Of a stretch of DNA of 64,000 nucleotides, positions 50,987 through 61,666 are shown one piece after another. This stretch comes from an uncultured delta proteobacterium (GTDB lineage: Bacteria; Desulfobacterota; RBG-13-43-22). A program made the position numbers and the translations under genes. The stretch's first letter is position 1; every line of letters starts with the position of its first letter. The stretch is from positions 608,001 to 672,000 of the forward strand of contig CAWJJC010000020.1 in the NCBI GenBank assembly GCA_963843145.1, read 5' to 3'. Below the pieces are notes generated by a model. The model was not told the origin of the DNA. It saw nothing but the letters and a program-made list of their open reading frames with translations, and did no database searches.

Positions 50987-51715
50987 ATGTTAAGTGATCG
51001 GGAAGTCCAACGGTACGACCGCCAGATCATGCTTCAGGGGTTTGGGATCGAAGGACAGGAAAAATTAAAAAAAAGCCGCGTGCTGGTGGCCGGCGTGGGC
51101 GGGTTAGGTTCCCCGGCGGCCATCTATTTGGCGGCGGCCGGGATAGGATCATTGCGTCTGGTAGATCGGGATCAAGTGGAACTGAGCAATTTGAATCGCC
51201 AAATCCTTCATTGGGAAGAGGATTTGGGCCGCTATAAGGTGGAATCCGCCCGGAGGAAGCTTTCCGGACTCAACCCGGAAGTGGCGATCGAGATTGTTCA
51301 GGAGGATATCCGGGAAGATAACCTCTCCGACTTGATGGCTGGATGTGACCTGATCGTTGACGGACTGGATAATTTCCCGACCCGCTATCTCATCAATCGA
51401 TTTATCCAGAAAAATGGCCTGCCCTTTATCTATGGGGGCATCCTGGGGATGATGGGCATGGCCACATTCATCTGGCCGGGGCAAACACCCTGTCTGAAAT
51501 GCCTCTTCCCCCAAGCCCCTGAACCTAAAAAATTCCCGGTACTGGGCACCACTCCCGGAATCATTGGACTGATTGAAGCCAACGAGGCGATCAAATATCT
51601 GGTGGGATTGGGTAAGCTATTGACCGGGAGGCTTTTGGTTTACAATGGCCAGGAACTGCGTTTTTCCGAGGTGCCGATCGACCGAAACCCGGAGTGCCCG
51701 GCCTGTACGGCTTAG
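50987..51715 (+). CDS. HesA/MoeB/ThiF family adenylyltransferase
   Basis: RYDRQI, GVGGLG, SNLNRQ, DGLDN, CLKC, CPAC. Confidence 0.93.
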   Translation: MLSDREVQRYDRQIMLQGFGIEGQEKLKKSRVLVAGVGGLGSPAAIYLAAAGIGSLRLVDRDQVELSNLNRQILHWEEDLGRYKVESARRKLSGLNPEVAIEIVQEDIREDNLSDLMAGCDLIVDGLDNFPTRYLINRFIQKNGLPFIYGGILGMMGMATFIWPGQTPCLKCLFPQAPEPKKFPVLGTTPGIIGLIEANEAIKYLVGLGKLLTGRLLVYNGQELRFSEVPIDRNPECPACTA

Positions 51716-51764
51716 TTTTCTTTGGGAAAAGCGTAGGGGTTTAATACGAAAATCGAATACCTCT

Positions 51765-51861
51765 GTCATTGCGAGTGAAGCGAAGCAATCCCCCGGTCGA
51801 GCTTGGGAAAGGTTGTAAGCTGCCCGGGGGATTGCTTCGTCGCTTCTCTCCTCGCAATGAC
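51765..51861. repeat. REP-like palindrome (GTCATTGCGAG...CTCGCAATGAC)
   Basis: Terminal 11-bp and inner GAAGCAATCCCCCGG stems; related to 61219-61318; bracketed by TTAATACGAAAAT at 51741 and 51910. Confidence 0.8.
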
Positions 51862-51936
51862 TGGAGATCTGTTTTCTTCATGCCCCGGGGTGCCCACCCC
51901 GGGCATGGGTTAATACGAAAATGAAATCAGAGGATA

Positions 51937-52635
51937 ATGGGAATGCCCATGACCGATCCTTTAAAAATAAATCCCCTTTTCAGTGGGTTGGATGATGAGG
52001 GTTTGCTCCGTATCAAGGAAATTTCCGGCCGCCGGGAGATAAAGAAAGGGGAAAGTCTCTTCAGCCAAGGAGAGGAGGCTAAAGGTTTTTATCTGGTCCT
52101 GCAGGGACGAATAAAAATTTATCGTTTGTCTCCCCAGGGGAAAGAGTATGTCTTGCGTATCGTCGGCCCTGGAGAAACGTTGGCAGAAGCGGCTGTTTTT
52201 TCAGGAAAAACATATCCAGCCTCAGCCGATTCGCTGGAGGACAGCCGACTTTATTATTTTAAAAAGAGCGATTTCGTTCACCTCATCCGACAGGACCCCC
52301 AATTGGCCCTGAATATGCTTTCCGGCCTCTCCCTCCTGCTTCGGAATCTGGCCCAGCAGGTGGAGGACCTTTCCCTGCATGAGGTCTCCTCCCGTTTGGC
52401 CCGTTATCTACTGGATCAAGCCGATAAAAAGAATTCCCCCCTGATTGACGGAGTCCAAATTCCGCTCGAAGTGAAGAAAAATCTGCTGGCCAGCCGATTG
52501 GGGACCATTGGGGAGACCCTTTCCAGGACATTGGCCAAAATGAAACAGCGGGGACTTCTGGAGATCAAAAAAGATGCCGTTATCATTCAGAACCTTGAGT
52601 TGCTAAAAGAGGTTGCCGAGGGGTTCAAATTATAA
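51937..52635 (+). CDS. Crp/Fnr family regulator (Cys-free, Dnr/HcpR-like)
   Basis: cNMP-binding domain, LASRLGTIGETLSR HTH. Confidence 0.92.
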   Translation: MGMPMTDPLKINPLFSGLDDEGLLRIKEISGRREIKKGESLFSQGEEAKGFYLVLQGRIKIYRLSPQGKEYVLRIVGPGETLAEAAVFSGKTYPASADSLEDSRLYYFKKSDFVHLIRQDPQLALNMLSGLSLLLRNLAQQVEDLSLHEVSSRLARYLLDQADKKNSPLIDGVQIPLEVKKNLLASRLGTIGETLSRTLAKMKQRGLLEIKKDAVIIQNLELLKEVAEGFKL

Positions 52636-52660
52636 TACAGTTTTTATCAGGAGGTTGATT

Positions 52661-53584
52661 TTGGATTTGATTTTTTTAGGAACGGGATCGGCTTGGGGGG
52701 TACCCGAACTGGGCTGCCCCTGCCGGATTTGTCAAAAGATGCGGTCCCTCCAGGAAGAACGGACCCGGAGCGCCTTTTTGCTTTCAGGCCGGGAAACCCT
52801 GCTCTTGGATTGCGGGCCGGATATCCGCCGGCAGTTGGCGAACTGGCCCATAGACCGATTGGATGCCATCCTCATCAGCCATGAACACGCCGACCATTAC
52901 TTCGGGCTGGATGAGCTCTTAGCTTTCCGCCGCCGACTCCCCCGGGAGAAATGGCGGCCCATCCCGACTTACGCCACCAGGGCTTCCTGGACCTCCATCA
53001 AAAAAACCTTCGGTTATTTGCTGGACTCGCTGCTGGAACCGAGGATCGCCAACCCGGGAGAACGGTTGGCGGGCCTGGCCACGGACGTCTATCCCTTTAA
53101 AACCTTTCATGGCGAATCAGCCCCCGGGTCAGTCGGTTATATCGTCGAAGAAACCGGTTCCGGAAACCATCACAAACTGGTGTACACTTCGGACTTTTTC
53201 GATTTGCCGAAGGAGGAACCCCGAGTAACGGACCCGGACATTTTGATTCTGCAATGCCATTGGCTTAACGAGCCGGTAATCAACCGGCCTCATCAAATGA
53301 GCCTGGAGCGGGGGATTGAATTTGTCAAATTATGGAAACCCCGGAGAGCGGTTTATTTGGTTCATCTTTCGGAGGCCTACCCGATTGACGGCGACCCCGC
53401 CAATGACGCCCTGAAGAAAGTGGCCGCCCGGAAGCCGAAGCGGGACCCGCAAACCGACCTGCCCTATCCCCTTCCGGGTTGTCAGGCGGAATGGCAGGAG
53501 GTGGCCGGCCGGCTTTTCAGCAACGAAGGACTTGACGTCCCGGTCATCGTTCCCCGGGATGGGCTCAAGGTAACCCTCTGGTAA
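52661..53584 (+). CDS. MBL-fold metallo-hydrolase (PhnP-like)
   Basis: FLGTGSAWGVP..GC.C..C, SHEHADH, YTSD; TTG start after AGGAGG. Confidence 0.88.
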   Translation: MDLIFLGTGSAWGVPELGCPCRICQKMRSLQEERTRSAFLLSGRETLLLDCGPDIRRQLANWPIDRLDAILISHEHADHYFGLDELLAFRRRLPREKWRPIPTYATRASWTSIKKTFGYLLDSLLEPRIANPGERLAGLATDVYPFKTFHGESAPGSVGYIVEETGSGNHHKLVYTSDFFDLPKEEPRVTDPDILILQCHWLNEPVINRPHQMSLERGIEFVKLWKPRRAVYLVHLSEAYPIDGDPANDALKKVAARKPKRDPQTDLPYPLPGCQAEWQEVAGRLFSNEGLDVPVIVPRDGLKVTLW

Positions 53585-53605
53585 ATCGGTTTTGCAGGAG
53601 GAATT

Positions 53606-54583
53606 ATGCTTTTCCCTGATTATCGCCCGCGGCGCTTGCGAAAGAACGAAACTTTTCGCCGCCTGATTCGAGAAACCACCTTGTCGGTGGATAATCTGAT
53701 TTATCCCCTGTTCGTAGTCCCGGGCAAAGGAGTGCGGCGCCCGATAGTCTCCATGCCCGGAGTGTTTCAGCTCTCCGTTGATGAGTTGATCAAAGAGGCC
53801 CAGGAAATCCTGGCGGCCCGAATACCGGCCATTATCCTCTTCGGGATCCCCGATAAAAAAGATGATCGGGCTTCCGGAGCCTACGCCGCCGAAGGGATCA
53901 TCCAGCGGGCGATTAAAGCCCTTAAAGATAAGGTACCGGATTTATTGGTTATAGGAGATGTCTGCCTCTGCGAGTATATGAGCCATGGCCATTGCGGACT
54001 TATCCGCCAGGGGGAAGTGGATAACGACGCCACCTTGGAACTCCTGGCCCGGACGGCTCTCTCTCAGGTCAAGGCCGGGGCGGATATGGTCGCCCCCAGC
54101 GATATGATGGACGGCCGGGTGGCCGAAATCCGTCAGGCTTTGGATGAGAACGGTTTTGAGCAGATCCCCATCATGGCCTATTCCGCCAAATACGCCTCGG
54201 CCTTTTACGGGCCCTTCCGCGAGGCCGCCGAATCGGCCCCTCAGTTCGGCGACCGAAAATCGTATCAGATGGATCCCCCCAATGTGCGGGAGGCGATCCG
54301 GGAGGCCAGCCTGGATATGGAGGAAGGGGCGGACATCCTGATGGTCAAACCGGCCCTGCCCTACCTGGATGTGATTGCCAAGGTCCGGGAGGAGTTTGAC
54401 CTGCCGGTGGCCGCCTATAACGTGAGCGGTGAGTACGCCATGGTCAAGGCCGCCGCCCTCCAGGGGTGGCTGGATGAAGAAAAAGTGATGATGGAAATGC
54501 TCATCGCCATCCGCCGGGCCGGGGCCGACTTGATCTTGACTTATTTTGCCAAGCAAGCGGCGGCCCTGCTGCAGAACCGCTAA
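53606..54583 (+). CDS. hemB: Porphobilinogen synthase
   Basis: [35 protein letters not shown]. Confidence 0.97.
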   Translation: MLFPDYRPRRLRKNETFRRLIRETTLSVDNLIYPLFVVPGKGVRRPIVSMPGVFQLSVDELIKEAQEILAARIPAIILFGIPDKKDDRASGAYAAEGIIQRAIKALKDKVPDLLVIGDVCLCEYMSHGHCGLIRQGEVDNDATLELLARTALSQVKAGADMVAPSDMMDGRVAEIRQALDENGFEQIPIMAYSAKYASAFYGPFREAAESAPQFGDRKSYQMDPPNVREAIREASLDMEEGADILMVKPALPYLDVIAKVREEFDLPVAAYNVSGEYAMVKAAALQGWLDEEKVMMEMLIAIRRAGADLILTYFAKQAAALLQNR

Positions 54584-55687
54584 ATGCATCCGAACGCTGA
54601 AACCGCCGCGAGCGGACCGTCGATTCCTCCGGTACGGCTGGTCGCCTGGGAGGTGACCCGGCAGTGCAACCTGTCCTGCCTCCACTGCCGGGCCTCCGCG
54701 GTCCTGGGGCCCTATGCCGACGAACTGACCACGCACGAGGGACTGAAACTTTTAGACCAGATCCGGGAAGTGGGTCAGCCGGTGATCATCCTCACCGGCG
54801 GAGAACCCTTGCTGCGCCCGGATATATTTGAACTGGCCCGTTACGGCCACGAACTGGGATTGCGGATGGTCATGGCCGTGAACGGGACCCTGCTGGATCC
54901 GGCCACGGCGTTGAAATTAAAAACCGCCGGCATCCAACGAATCAGCATCAGCCTCGACGGCGCCACGGCCGAAGGCCACGATCACTTCCGCCAGATGCCG
55001 GGGGCCTTTGCCGGGGTCCTTAAAGGAGTCGAGGCCGCCAAAACCGTGGGCCTGGAATTTCAAATCAATACCACCATCACCCGTCTCAATTTGGAGGAAA
55101 TTCCCCAAATCCAGGAGCTGGTTAAACAACTGGGGGCCGTGGCCCACCATATTTTCATGCTGGTTCCCACCGGGCGGGGCCGGTCTTTAACAGAGCAGAC
55201 CATTTCCGCGGAGGAATATGAGCAAACGTTGACCGGACTGGTTAAGAGAAAGGATGAATTTCCCCTGCCCATTAAAGCCACCTGCGCTCCCCATTATTAC
55301 CGGATCCTTCGGGAGCTGGCCCAGCAGGAAGGGCAGGAAATTACCGTTAAAACCCATGGCCTCGATGCCATGACCCGGGGCTGCCTGGGCGGGACCGGTT
55401 TTTGTTTCATTTCCCATCGGGGGCAGGTCCAACCTTGCGGCTATTTGGAACTCGAAGCCGGCAACGTCCGCCAGGAAACCTTTAAAACCATCTGGGAAGA
55501 CTCGCCACTCTTTTCAGCCCTGCGGGACAAATCGCAGTATCAGGGCAAGTGCGGGCAGTGTGAATATTTTCGGGTTTGTGGGGGGTGCCGGGCCCGCGCC
55601 TTTGCGGCTACTGGAAATTATTTAGGCGAGGAACCCCTCTGCAGCTACCAACCCAAACGCCGGGTGGGCGCCAAGAGCCATGCATGA
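54584..55687 (+). CDS. ahbD: Radical SAM heme b synthase AhbD
   Basis: AWEVTRQCNLSCLHCRA, KATCAPHYYR, TRGCLGG, SPASM Cys motif; lies between hemB and ahbA. Confidence 0.9.
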   Translation: MHPNAETAASGPSIPPVRLVAWEVTRQCNLSCLHCRASAVLGPYADELTTHEGLKLLDQIREVGQPVIILTGGEPLLRPDIFELARYGHELGLRMVMAVNGTLLDPATALKLKTAGIQRISISLDGATAEGHDHFRQMPGAFAGVLKGVEAAKTVGLEFQINTTITRLNLEEIPQIQELVKQLGAVAHHIFMLVPTGRGRSLTEQTISAEEYEQTLTGLVKRKDEFPLPIKATCAPHYYRILRELAQQEGQEITVKTHGLDAMTRGCLGGTGFCFISHRGQVQPCGYLELEAGNVRQETFKTIWEDSPLFSALRDKSQYQGKCGQCEYFRVCGGCRARAFAATGNYLGEEPLCSYQPKRRVGAKSHA

Positions 55688-56166
55688 ACCCCACCGCCGA
55701 GAAAGCTTCTAAGTCTAAGATGGATCGGATCGATCGGGAGATCTTGAACGAGATCCAATCCCACTTCCCCCTACGGTCCCGCCCTTTCCGGGAAGTGGGG
55801 AAGAAGCTTCGACTCTCCGAAAAAGAGGTCATCTGGCGAGTATCCCGATTAAAGAATGAAGGGATCATCCGCCGTATCGGAGCTAATTTCAATTCCCGCC
55901 GTCTGGGATTTACCAGCACCCTGTGCGCGGCCAAAGTCCCGGAAGACAAGCTGCCCGACTTCATCGCCACAGTCAATCGCTACCCGGGCGTAACCCACAA
56001 CTATGAGCGGGACGGGGATTATAACATCTGGTTCACTTTTATCGGCGAATCCATGGAGACCATTGAGCAGGCCTTGGAGGAGATTAAGGCCGGTACGGGA
56101 GTTAATGATTTGATCAGTTTACCGGCCGAGAAAATTTTCAAAATCCGGGTTGATTTTGAAGTGTAG
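55684..56166 (+). CDS. ahbA: Siroheme decarboxylase subunit AhbA
   Basis: AsnC-like HTH, GIIRRIGANF, STLCAAKVP, GVTHNYER, YNIWFT. Confidence 0.9.
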   Translation: MNPTAEKASKSKMDRIDREILNEIQSHFPLRSRPFREVGKKLRLSEKEVIWRVSRLKNEGIIRRIGANFNSRRLGFTSTLCAAKVPEDKLPDFIATVNRYPGVTHNYERDGDYNIWFTFIGESMETIEQALEEIKAGTGVNDLISLPAEKIFKIRVDFEV

Positions 56167-56178
56167 CCGCTCTGCTCA

Positions 56179-56901
56179 TTGAAGGAGAAAGGAATGGAAA
56201 AAAAAGCGCCCCCGGAGGATCGGGTGGAACCCAGGGTAGAAATAGACTCCGACTTGGAGGAATTCGAAGAACAGCGCCGTCCGGATTGGGCGGTCAGACC
56301 GGGCCCGGAAAAGAAGCCCATTACCCGCTGGGTGCTTGGTCCGATCTTGTTGGCCGCCCTGGCGGCCTTGGGTTATGCCTTTTGGCTTATCTGGGGCATG
56401 AAACCCCTACCCTCGGCCAAGCCTTCCATCCCCCCGGAAATAGTGGCTTTAAGAGGAGAGGTCCAAAAATTGAACACGGATTTAGGCGGCCTGATCAAAG
56501 ATCTGGGGGATTTGAAGGCGGAGCAAAAGACAACGGCCGGAAAGCTGGCCGGGTTACAGGGCCAATTGGCCAATTTGTCCAGAAAAATGGAAGCGGCGCA
56601 GGCCAGAAAGATAGAATCGGCCCCTGCTAAAAAGACAGAATCGGTCCCGGTCAAAAAGGTAGAACCGGAGCAGGCCAGAAAAATAGAAAAAGCGCCCGCC
56701 AAAAAAAAAGAGAAAAACCAGGAGAAGAAACCCGTCCGTAAAACTTTTGTCTATAAAATACGCCCCCATGACACCTTGCCTTCCTTGGCCAAAAAATTCG
56801 GTGTGGTGCCCGAAGATATTCGCCGTTGGAACAATTTATCTCCCAAAGAAGGGCTGGAAGTCGGCCAGTTGCTGACCATTTATTCAGGCCTGGCCCGATA
56901 G
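56179..56901 (+). CDS. Membrane-anchored coiled-coil LysM protein
   Basis: TM helix, coiled coil, YKIRPHDTL..LAKKFGV....RRWNNL. Confidence 0.85.
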   Translation: MKEKGMEKKAPPEDRVEPRVEIDSDLEEFEEQRRPDWAVRPGPEKKPITRWVLGPILLAALAALGYAFWLIWGMKPLPSAKPSIPPEIVALRGEVQKLNTDLGGLIKDLGDLKAEQKTTAGKLAGLQGQLANLSRKMEAAQARKIESAPAKKTESVPVKKVEPEQARKIEKAPAKKKEKNQEKKPVRKTFVYKIRPHDTLPSLAKKFGVVPEDIRRWNNLSPKEGLEVGQLLTIYSGLAR

Positions 56902-56996
56902 TCCCGGTTGATCAGATCTGTTGTTGGGTGAATCCCCTTTTTAAGTGGGTACCCCCCCTATCGGGTCTGGCTACCCAAAAGGGCGAAGAATTTATT

Positions 56997-58202
56997 TTAT
57001 AAGTCCCTGAACCCGAACAGCACCTTTTCGTAAGGCTCAAACATCATTTGATAGAGGTCCATGGCGTAGCGGTCGGTCATGCCGGAGATATAATCCACAA
57101 TCACCCGCCGAAGGGCTGGATCGGCTCCCGCCTTCGCGATCCGGGCGAATAAGGCCCTCGGCAGCATCTCCGGTCTTTTTTCCAGATGGCGAAAAATACG
57201 AGTCAGGATAAGCCTCCCTTTTTCGTTCATAATGCAGACTTGGGGGCTTTTATAAACGTGTTCAAAAAGAAACCGCTTCAAGGCCTTGAAATCCTCCCAG
57301 TCTTTTTCCGGCGCCGTGACCATGGGCCCTGCTGTTTTCCAGACCTGTTCCCGGGAATTGATTCCATATTGATCGATACGGGCGAGGGTCCGGGTAATAA
57401 CCATGACATTGGTTTCCTCGATGAGTGTCCGCACCAACAGCCGGGCCTGAATGATGGTCCCCCCTTCTTCGAAACCATCGTAATGGGTCCGGCATTTCTG
57501 AAACACCCGTTGCAACAGTGGGTTATCCAACTCATGAATGGTTTTGATGGACAGGAAGCCGGCGTTCAGGGCGTCCTCCAAATCGTGAGCGCAGTAGGCC
57601 AAGGGGTCGGCGATGTTGACCACCTGGGCCTCCAGGCTCGGCTGGCCCCGGCGCTGGAATTCTGACGGGATGCTGGGGTGGTCATAGGTGGTCGCGTGGC
57701 GGGCGATCCCTTCCCGGGTTTCATAGCAGAGGTTCAGCCCCTCGTAAGCCGGATAGCGTTTTTCCAGAAGGTCCACGATCCGCAGGCTCTGGAGGTTATG
57801 CTCAAAGCCCCCCTCCTGCTTCATGATTTCGTTCAGCGTCTCTTCACCGGTATGGCCGAAGGGTGTGTGGCCCATGTCATGGGCGTAGGCTATGGCCTCG
57901 CACAAATCTTCGTTAAGCCTTAGCGCGCGGGCCAAGGTCCGGGCATGCTGGGCCACCTCCAGGGTGTGGGTTAAGCGAGTGCGGTAGAAATCCCCCTCGC
58001 TGATCAGAAAAACCTGGGTCTTGTATTGCAGGTCCTTAAAAGCCTTGCTGTATAGAATTCGGTCCCGGTCCCTCTGAAAATTAGTCCGAAATTCATCCGG
58101 CTCGTCCCCATGCAGGGTCCGGCCCAGACTCCGGGCGCTTTTCGAGGCATAGGGCGCCAAGGTCATTTCTTCAATTTCTTCCAACCTTTCCCGAGGGATC
58201 AT
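56997..58202 (-). CDS. dgt: dGTP triphosphohydrolase-like HD protein
   Basis: FQRDRDRI, KTQVF, RTRLTHTLEV, AHDMGHTPFGH, DYISGMTD. Confidence 0.95.
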   Translation of the reverse strand: MIPRERLEEIEEMTLAPYASKSARSLGRTLHGDEPDEFRTNFQRDRDRILYSKAFKDLQYKTQVFLISEGDFYRTRLTHTLEVAQHARTLARALRLNEDLCEAIAYAHDMGHTPFGHTGEETLNEIMKQEGGFEHNLQSLRIVDLLEKRYPAYEGLNLCYETREGIARHATTYDHPSIPSEFQRRGQPSLEAQVVNIADPLAYCAHDLEDALNAGFLSIKTIHELDNPLLQRVFQKCRTHYDGFEEGGTIIQARLLVRTLIEETNVMVITRTLARIDQYGINSREQVWKTAGPMVTAPEKDWEDFKALKRFLFEHVYKSPQVCIMNEKGRLILTRIFRHLEKRPEMLPRALFARIAKAGADPALRRVIVDYISGMTDRYAMDLYQMMFEPYEKVLFGFRDL

Positions 58203-58298
58203 GATGGCCGCCCTTTCGTTTGTTGCCTGGATACTTGGGCTAATATATTGGAAAAACTTAAATTAATAAACCGAAAAAATTTTTTTTGTATTTAGGGC

Positions 58299-58352
58299 TT
58301 GAAATTTAAATAATAACGCCTTATATTAGCACTGTCACATGATGAGTGCCAA
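58299..58352 (+). promoter_or_regulatory. groESL promoter and CIRCE (HrcA operator)
   Basis: TTGAAA-N17-TATATT overlapping TTAGCACTG-N9-GAGTGCCAA at 58326-58352. Confidence 0.9.
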
Positions 58353-58409
58353 TAACCCAATTCTGTTCTGTAGTAAAAAATCAAACTATGCAGGAAGGAG
58401 AGTACCAGT

Positions 58410-58697
58410 ATGAAGATCAGGCCATTGCATGATCGAGTCATCGTTCAGCGGATTGCTGAGGAAGAGGTGACCAAGGGTGGAATCATTATTCCGGATACCG
58501 CCAAAGAGAAACCCCAAGAGGGTAAAGTGATCGCCGTGGGCCCCGGAAAAGTTCTGGACAGCGGAACCAAGGTTCCCATGGACGTCAAGGCAGGGGATAA
58601 GGTTCTTTTTGGGAAATATTCCGGGACCGAGATCAAGATCGACGGGGAAGAGTATTTAATGATGCGCGAAGATGATATCTTAGGCGTAGTGGAATAA
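58410..58697 (+). CDS. groES: Co-chaperonin GroES
   Basis: [22 protein letters not shown]. Confidence 0.98.
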   Translation: MKIRPLHDRVIVQRIAEEEVTKGGIIIPDTAKEKPQEGKVIAVGPGKVLDSGTKVPMDVKAGDKVLFGKYSGTEIKIDGEEYLMMREDDILGVVE

Positions 58698-58708
58698 GGA
58701 GGGATAAT

Positions 58709-60358
58709 ATGTCTGCTAAAGAAATTCGCTATAGTGTCAAGGCCCGCGAGGCTATGGCCAAGGGCATTGATACCTTGGCCGATGCGGTAAAGGTAACCTT
58801 GGGCCCCAAGGGCCGCAATGTGATTTTGGACAAATCTTTCGGTTCCCCGACGATTACCAAGGATGGCGTTACGGTAGCCAAGGAGATCGAATTAGAGGAT
58901 AAGTTTGAAAATATGGGGGCCCAGATGGTGAAGGAAGTGGCCTCCAAGACCAGCGATGTGGCCGGTGACGGGACCACCACCGCGACTCTGTTGGCTCAGT
59001 CCATCTATCGCGAAGGTTCCAAGTTAGTGGCGGCCGGAAGCAATCCCATGGCCATCAAGCGGGGGATTGAAAAGGCTGTGGAACAGGTAATAGAAGAACT
59101 GAAAAAGATCAGCAAACCCACCAAAGATCACAAAGAAATCGCCCAGGTCGGGACCATTTCGGCCAACAACGACTCCACCATCGGCAATATTATTGCCGAG
59201 GCCATGGAAAAAGTCGGTAAAGAAGGCGTCATTACCGTAGAAGAGGCCAAAAGCATGGAAACCACCCTGGAGGTGGTTGAAGGCATGCAGTTCGATCGGG
59301 GCTATATCTCCCCCTATTTCGTGACCGACCCGGAAAAAATGACCGCCGTTTTAAACGATCCCTACATCCTGATCAACGAAAAAAAGATCAGTAACATGAA
59401 AGACCTGCTGCCTCTGTTGGAGCAGATCGCCAAGATGGGCCGTCCCCTGCTCATCATTGCCGAGGAAGTCGAGGGCGAAGCCCTGGCCACCCTGGTGGTG
59501 AATAAACTGCGGGGCACCTTCTCCTGCGCCGCCGTCAAGGCCCCGGGCTTCGGGGATCGACGGAAGGCCATGCTGGAAGACATCGCCATTCTAACCGGCG
59601 GCCAGATGATCTCCGAAGACTTAGGGATCAAGCTGGAAAATGTAGCCTTAAAGGATTTAGGAACCGCCAAACGGGTCAGTATCGATAAGGATAATACGAC
59701 CATCGTCGACGGCGGCGGGGAAAAATCGGCTCTCGAAGGCCGGGTGAAACAGATCCGGGCCCAGATCGATGAGACCACCTCCGATTATGACCGCGAGAAA
59801 CTGCAGGAGCGCCTGGCCAAGTTGATCGGCGGCGTGGCCGTCATCAATGTGGGGGCCGCCACCGAAACCGAGATGAAGGAAAAGAAGGCCCGCGTGGAAG
59901 ACGCCTTGAACGCCACCCGAGCGGCGGTTGAGGAAGGCATTGTTCCCGGCGGAGGCGTGGCCTTGCTGCGCAGCATCGCCGGACTGGACAAAATCAAGGC
60001 GGAAGGCGAAGAGGCCTTAGGGGTCAACATCATTCGCCGAGCCTTAGAGGAACCGGTCCGTCAAATCGCCAACAACGCCGGCTTTGAGGGTTCCGTAGTG
60101 GTAGAGAAACTGAAGTCCGAAAAGGGCGCGACCGGCTTCAACGCCGAAACCGGCGTTTATGAAGACCTGATGAAAGCCGGGGTCATCGACCCGACCAAAG
60201 TCACCCGTTTTGCCTTGCAGAATGCGGCTTCCGTAGCCTCGCTGCTTTTGACCACCGAAGCCATGGTGGCCGAGAAGCCTGCTCCCAAGGAAGCCATGCC
60301 GGGGATGCCTCCGGGCGGCGGTATGGGTGGTATGGGCGGTATGGGTGGTATGTACTAG
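58709..60358 (+). CDS. groEL: Chaperonin GroEL
   Basis: [18 protein letters not shown] tail. Confidence 0.98.
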   Translation: MSAKEIRYSVKAREAMAKGIDTLADAVKVTLGPKGRNVILDKSFGSPTITKDGVTVAKEIELEDKFENMGAQMVKEVASKTSDVAGDGTTTATLLAQSIYREGSKLVAAGSNPMAIKRGIEKAVEQVIEELKKISKPTKDHKEIAQVGTISANNDSTIGNIIAEAMEKVGKEGVITVEEAKSMETTLEVVEGMQFDRGYISPYFVTDPEKMTAVLNDPYILINEKKISNMKDLLPLLEQIAKMGRPLLIIAEEVEGEALATLVVNKLRGTFSCAAVKAPGFGDRRKAMLEDIAILTGGQMISEDLGIKLENVALKDLGTAKRVSIDKDNTTIVDGGGEKSALEGRVKQIRAQIDETTSDYDREKLQERLAKLIGGVAVINVGAATETEMKEKKARVEDALNATRAAVEEGIVPGGGVALLRSIAGLDKIKAEGEEALGVNIIRRALEEPVRQIANNAGFEGSVVVEKLKSEKGATGFNAETGVYEDLMKAGVIDPTKVTRFALQNAASVASLLLTTEAMVAEKPAPKEAMPGMPPGGGMGGMGGMGGMY

Positions 60359-60380
60359 ACCGTACTCAATCCAACAAAAA

Positions 60381-60412
60381 CAAAAAGCCCCCGCTTGGGG
60401 GCTTTTTGTTTT
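60381..60412 (+). terminator. Intrinsic terminator of groESL
   Basis: CAAAAAGCCCCC-gctt-GGGGGCTTTTTG followed by a T run. Confidence 0.88.
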
Positions 60413-60519
60413 CAAATTCGCTTCTGCTTGATTTCCGGACCTAATTCGGTTGACTTGCCGTTTTTAATTCATTAGAATTCATTCTCCGCTAAACTACTAA
60501 CCCGAAAAAGGGAGCCGCC

Positions 60520-61176
60520 ATGATGAAACGCTTATGGTCTGCCGTACTAGGGTTGATGATTCTATCCGCTTCACCCCTCTGGGCTAAAACCATGTTCATA
60601 ACCGATCGCATTGAAGTCGGAGTCCGGTCCGGCATCGGGATTGAGCAGAAGTTTGTAGCCACGGCCAAGACCGGGGACCGGGTGGAGGTCCTGGAAGGCG
60701 ATCAAAATTGGACGAAAGTCAAACTGACCAATGGAGTCGTCGGTTGGGTGGCCACCCGTTTTCTGGTGGACCAGGTCAGAACGACGGCTGCCCCGGACCC
60801 AAAGATGCAGGAGGAATTCAAGGGAGTAAGAGATCAAAATTTGGCCCTCTCGAAAATCCTCGAAGGCTATAAACAGGAACGGGAAAAACTGCTGAAGGAA
60901 AACGCGGAGGGGAAGAAAGCCCTGCAGGACCTGCAGCAGGAAAAGCAGAGCCGGGTGTCCCCGGAACTGAATCAACTGAAGGCCCACAACGATCAACTCG
61001 AGAAGCAGATTAATGAGTTAAAGCAGCAGGCGACTGCCAACCAACAAAGGGGAAAGAACCAGCGCCTCAACGAACAGATCTGGTGGTTTTTATCCGGTTC
61101 AGGCGTGCTCTTTATCGGGCTTATCCTTGGTTGGTTGGCCAGCCGGGGGAAAAAGAAAACTGCCAAGTATTACTAG
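60520..61176 (+). CDS. SH3-domain / coiled-coil / C-terminal TM protein (TIGR04211, YgiM-like)
   Basis: Signal peptide, FITD....VRSG, GWV, WFLSGSGVL, basic tail. Confidence 0.88.
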   Translation: MMKRLWSAVLGLMILSASPLWAKTMFITDRIEVGVRSGIGIEQKFVATAKTGDRVEVLEGDQNWTKVKLTNGVVGWVATRFLVDQVRTTAAPDPKMQEEFKGVRDQNLALSKILEGYKQEREKLLKENAEGKKALQDLQQEKQSRVSPELNQLKAHNDQLEKQINELKQQATANQQRGKNQRLNEQIWWFLSGSGVLFIGLILGWLASRGKKKTAKYY

Positions 61177-61189
61177 CCTCTTTCCTGCC

Positions 61190-61347
61190 TGATGACCTCG
61201 CAGAAAGTCTCCAGGGCAGTCATTGCGAGGAGTGAAGCGACGAAGCAATCCCCAATAATCAGCTACTTGCCAAGACGGGGATTAGCATCCCCCGGATCAA
61301 GTCCGGGGTCGCAATGACGGTTTTTTCGACTTTTTGCGAAATCATCA
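61190..61347. mobile_element. MITE family A shell carrying a nested REP-like palindrome
   Basis: TGATGACCTCGCAGAAAGTC...GACTTTTTGCGAAATCATCA enclosing GTCATTGCGA...TCGCAATGAC (61219-61318). Confidence 0.85.
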
Positions 61348-61570
61348 TGCCTGACAACCTCTGAAATTGTCCAAAAGCCTCCAAATAGGGGGCTTTTTTT
61401 TGGTATGCCGGGGGCTGTCCTCCAAACCTCCCCCCGCTTGACCTGAAACAAATTATTCCCAGCCGCGATAACCCTTCAAATCAAAACCCTTTGATTTTTT
61501 TATTTTATTTTGTTTTAATGGGCCAACATCTATGTTTTGATTTGTTCATTCTTGAATTAATTTTAGGTTG

Positions 61571-61663
61571 GAATCCCCAGAGATGAGGAAACGGTTCGAG
61601 GAATTTCTGGATCAACTCACCAAGGGCAAGGAGCCCGACAAAGTGCGCATTGTCTTGGAGTGA
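61571..61663 (+). pseudogene. C-terminal remnant of a DUF6079 (BREX type 3 ATPase-like) gene
   Basis: Reads [27 protein letters not shown], ending 3 nt before the Fic ATG; matches from memory the conserved DUF6079 C-terminus. Confidence 0.6.
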
Positions 61664-61666
61664 ACC

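Noticed and set aside
53942-54736. Long antisense ORFs (for example 53942-54736, 42412-43221, 37492-38244, 61736-62428)
   Set aside because: Shadow ORFs opposite well-supported genes, expected with GC-rich codon usage.
60310-60355. GGTATGGGC/GGT tandem repeats
   Set aside because: They encode the ordinary GGM tail of GroEL.
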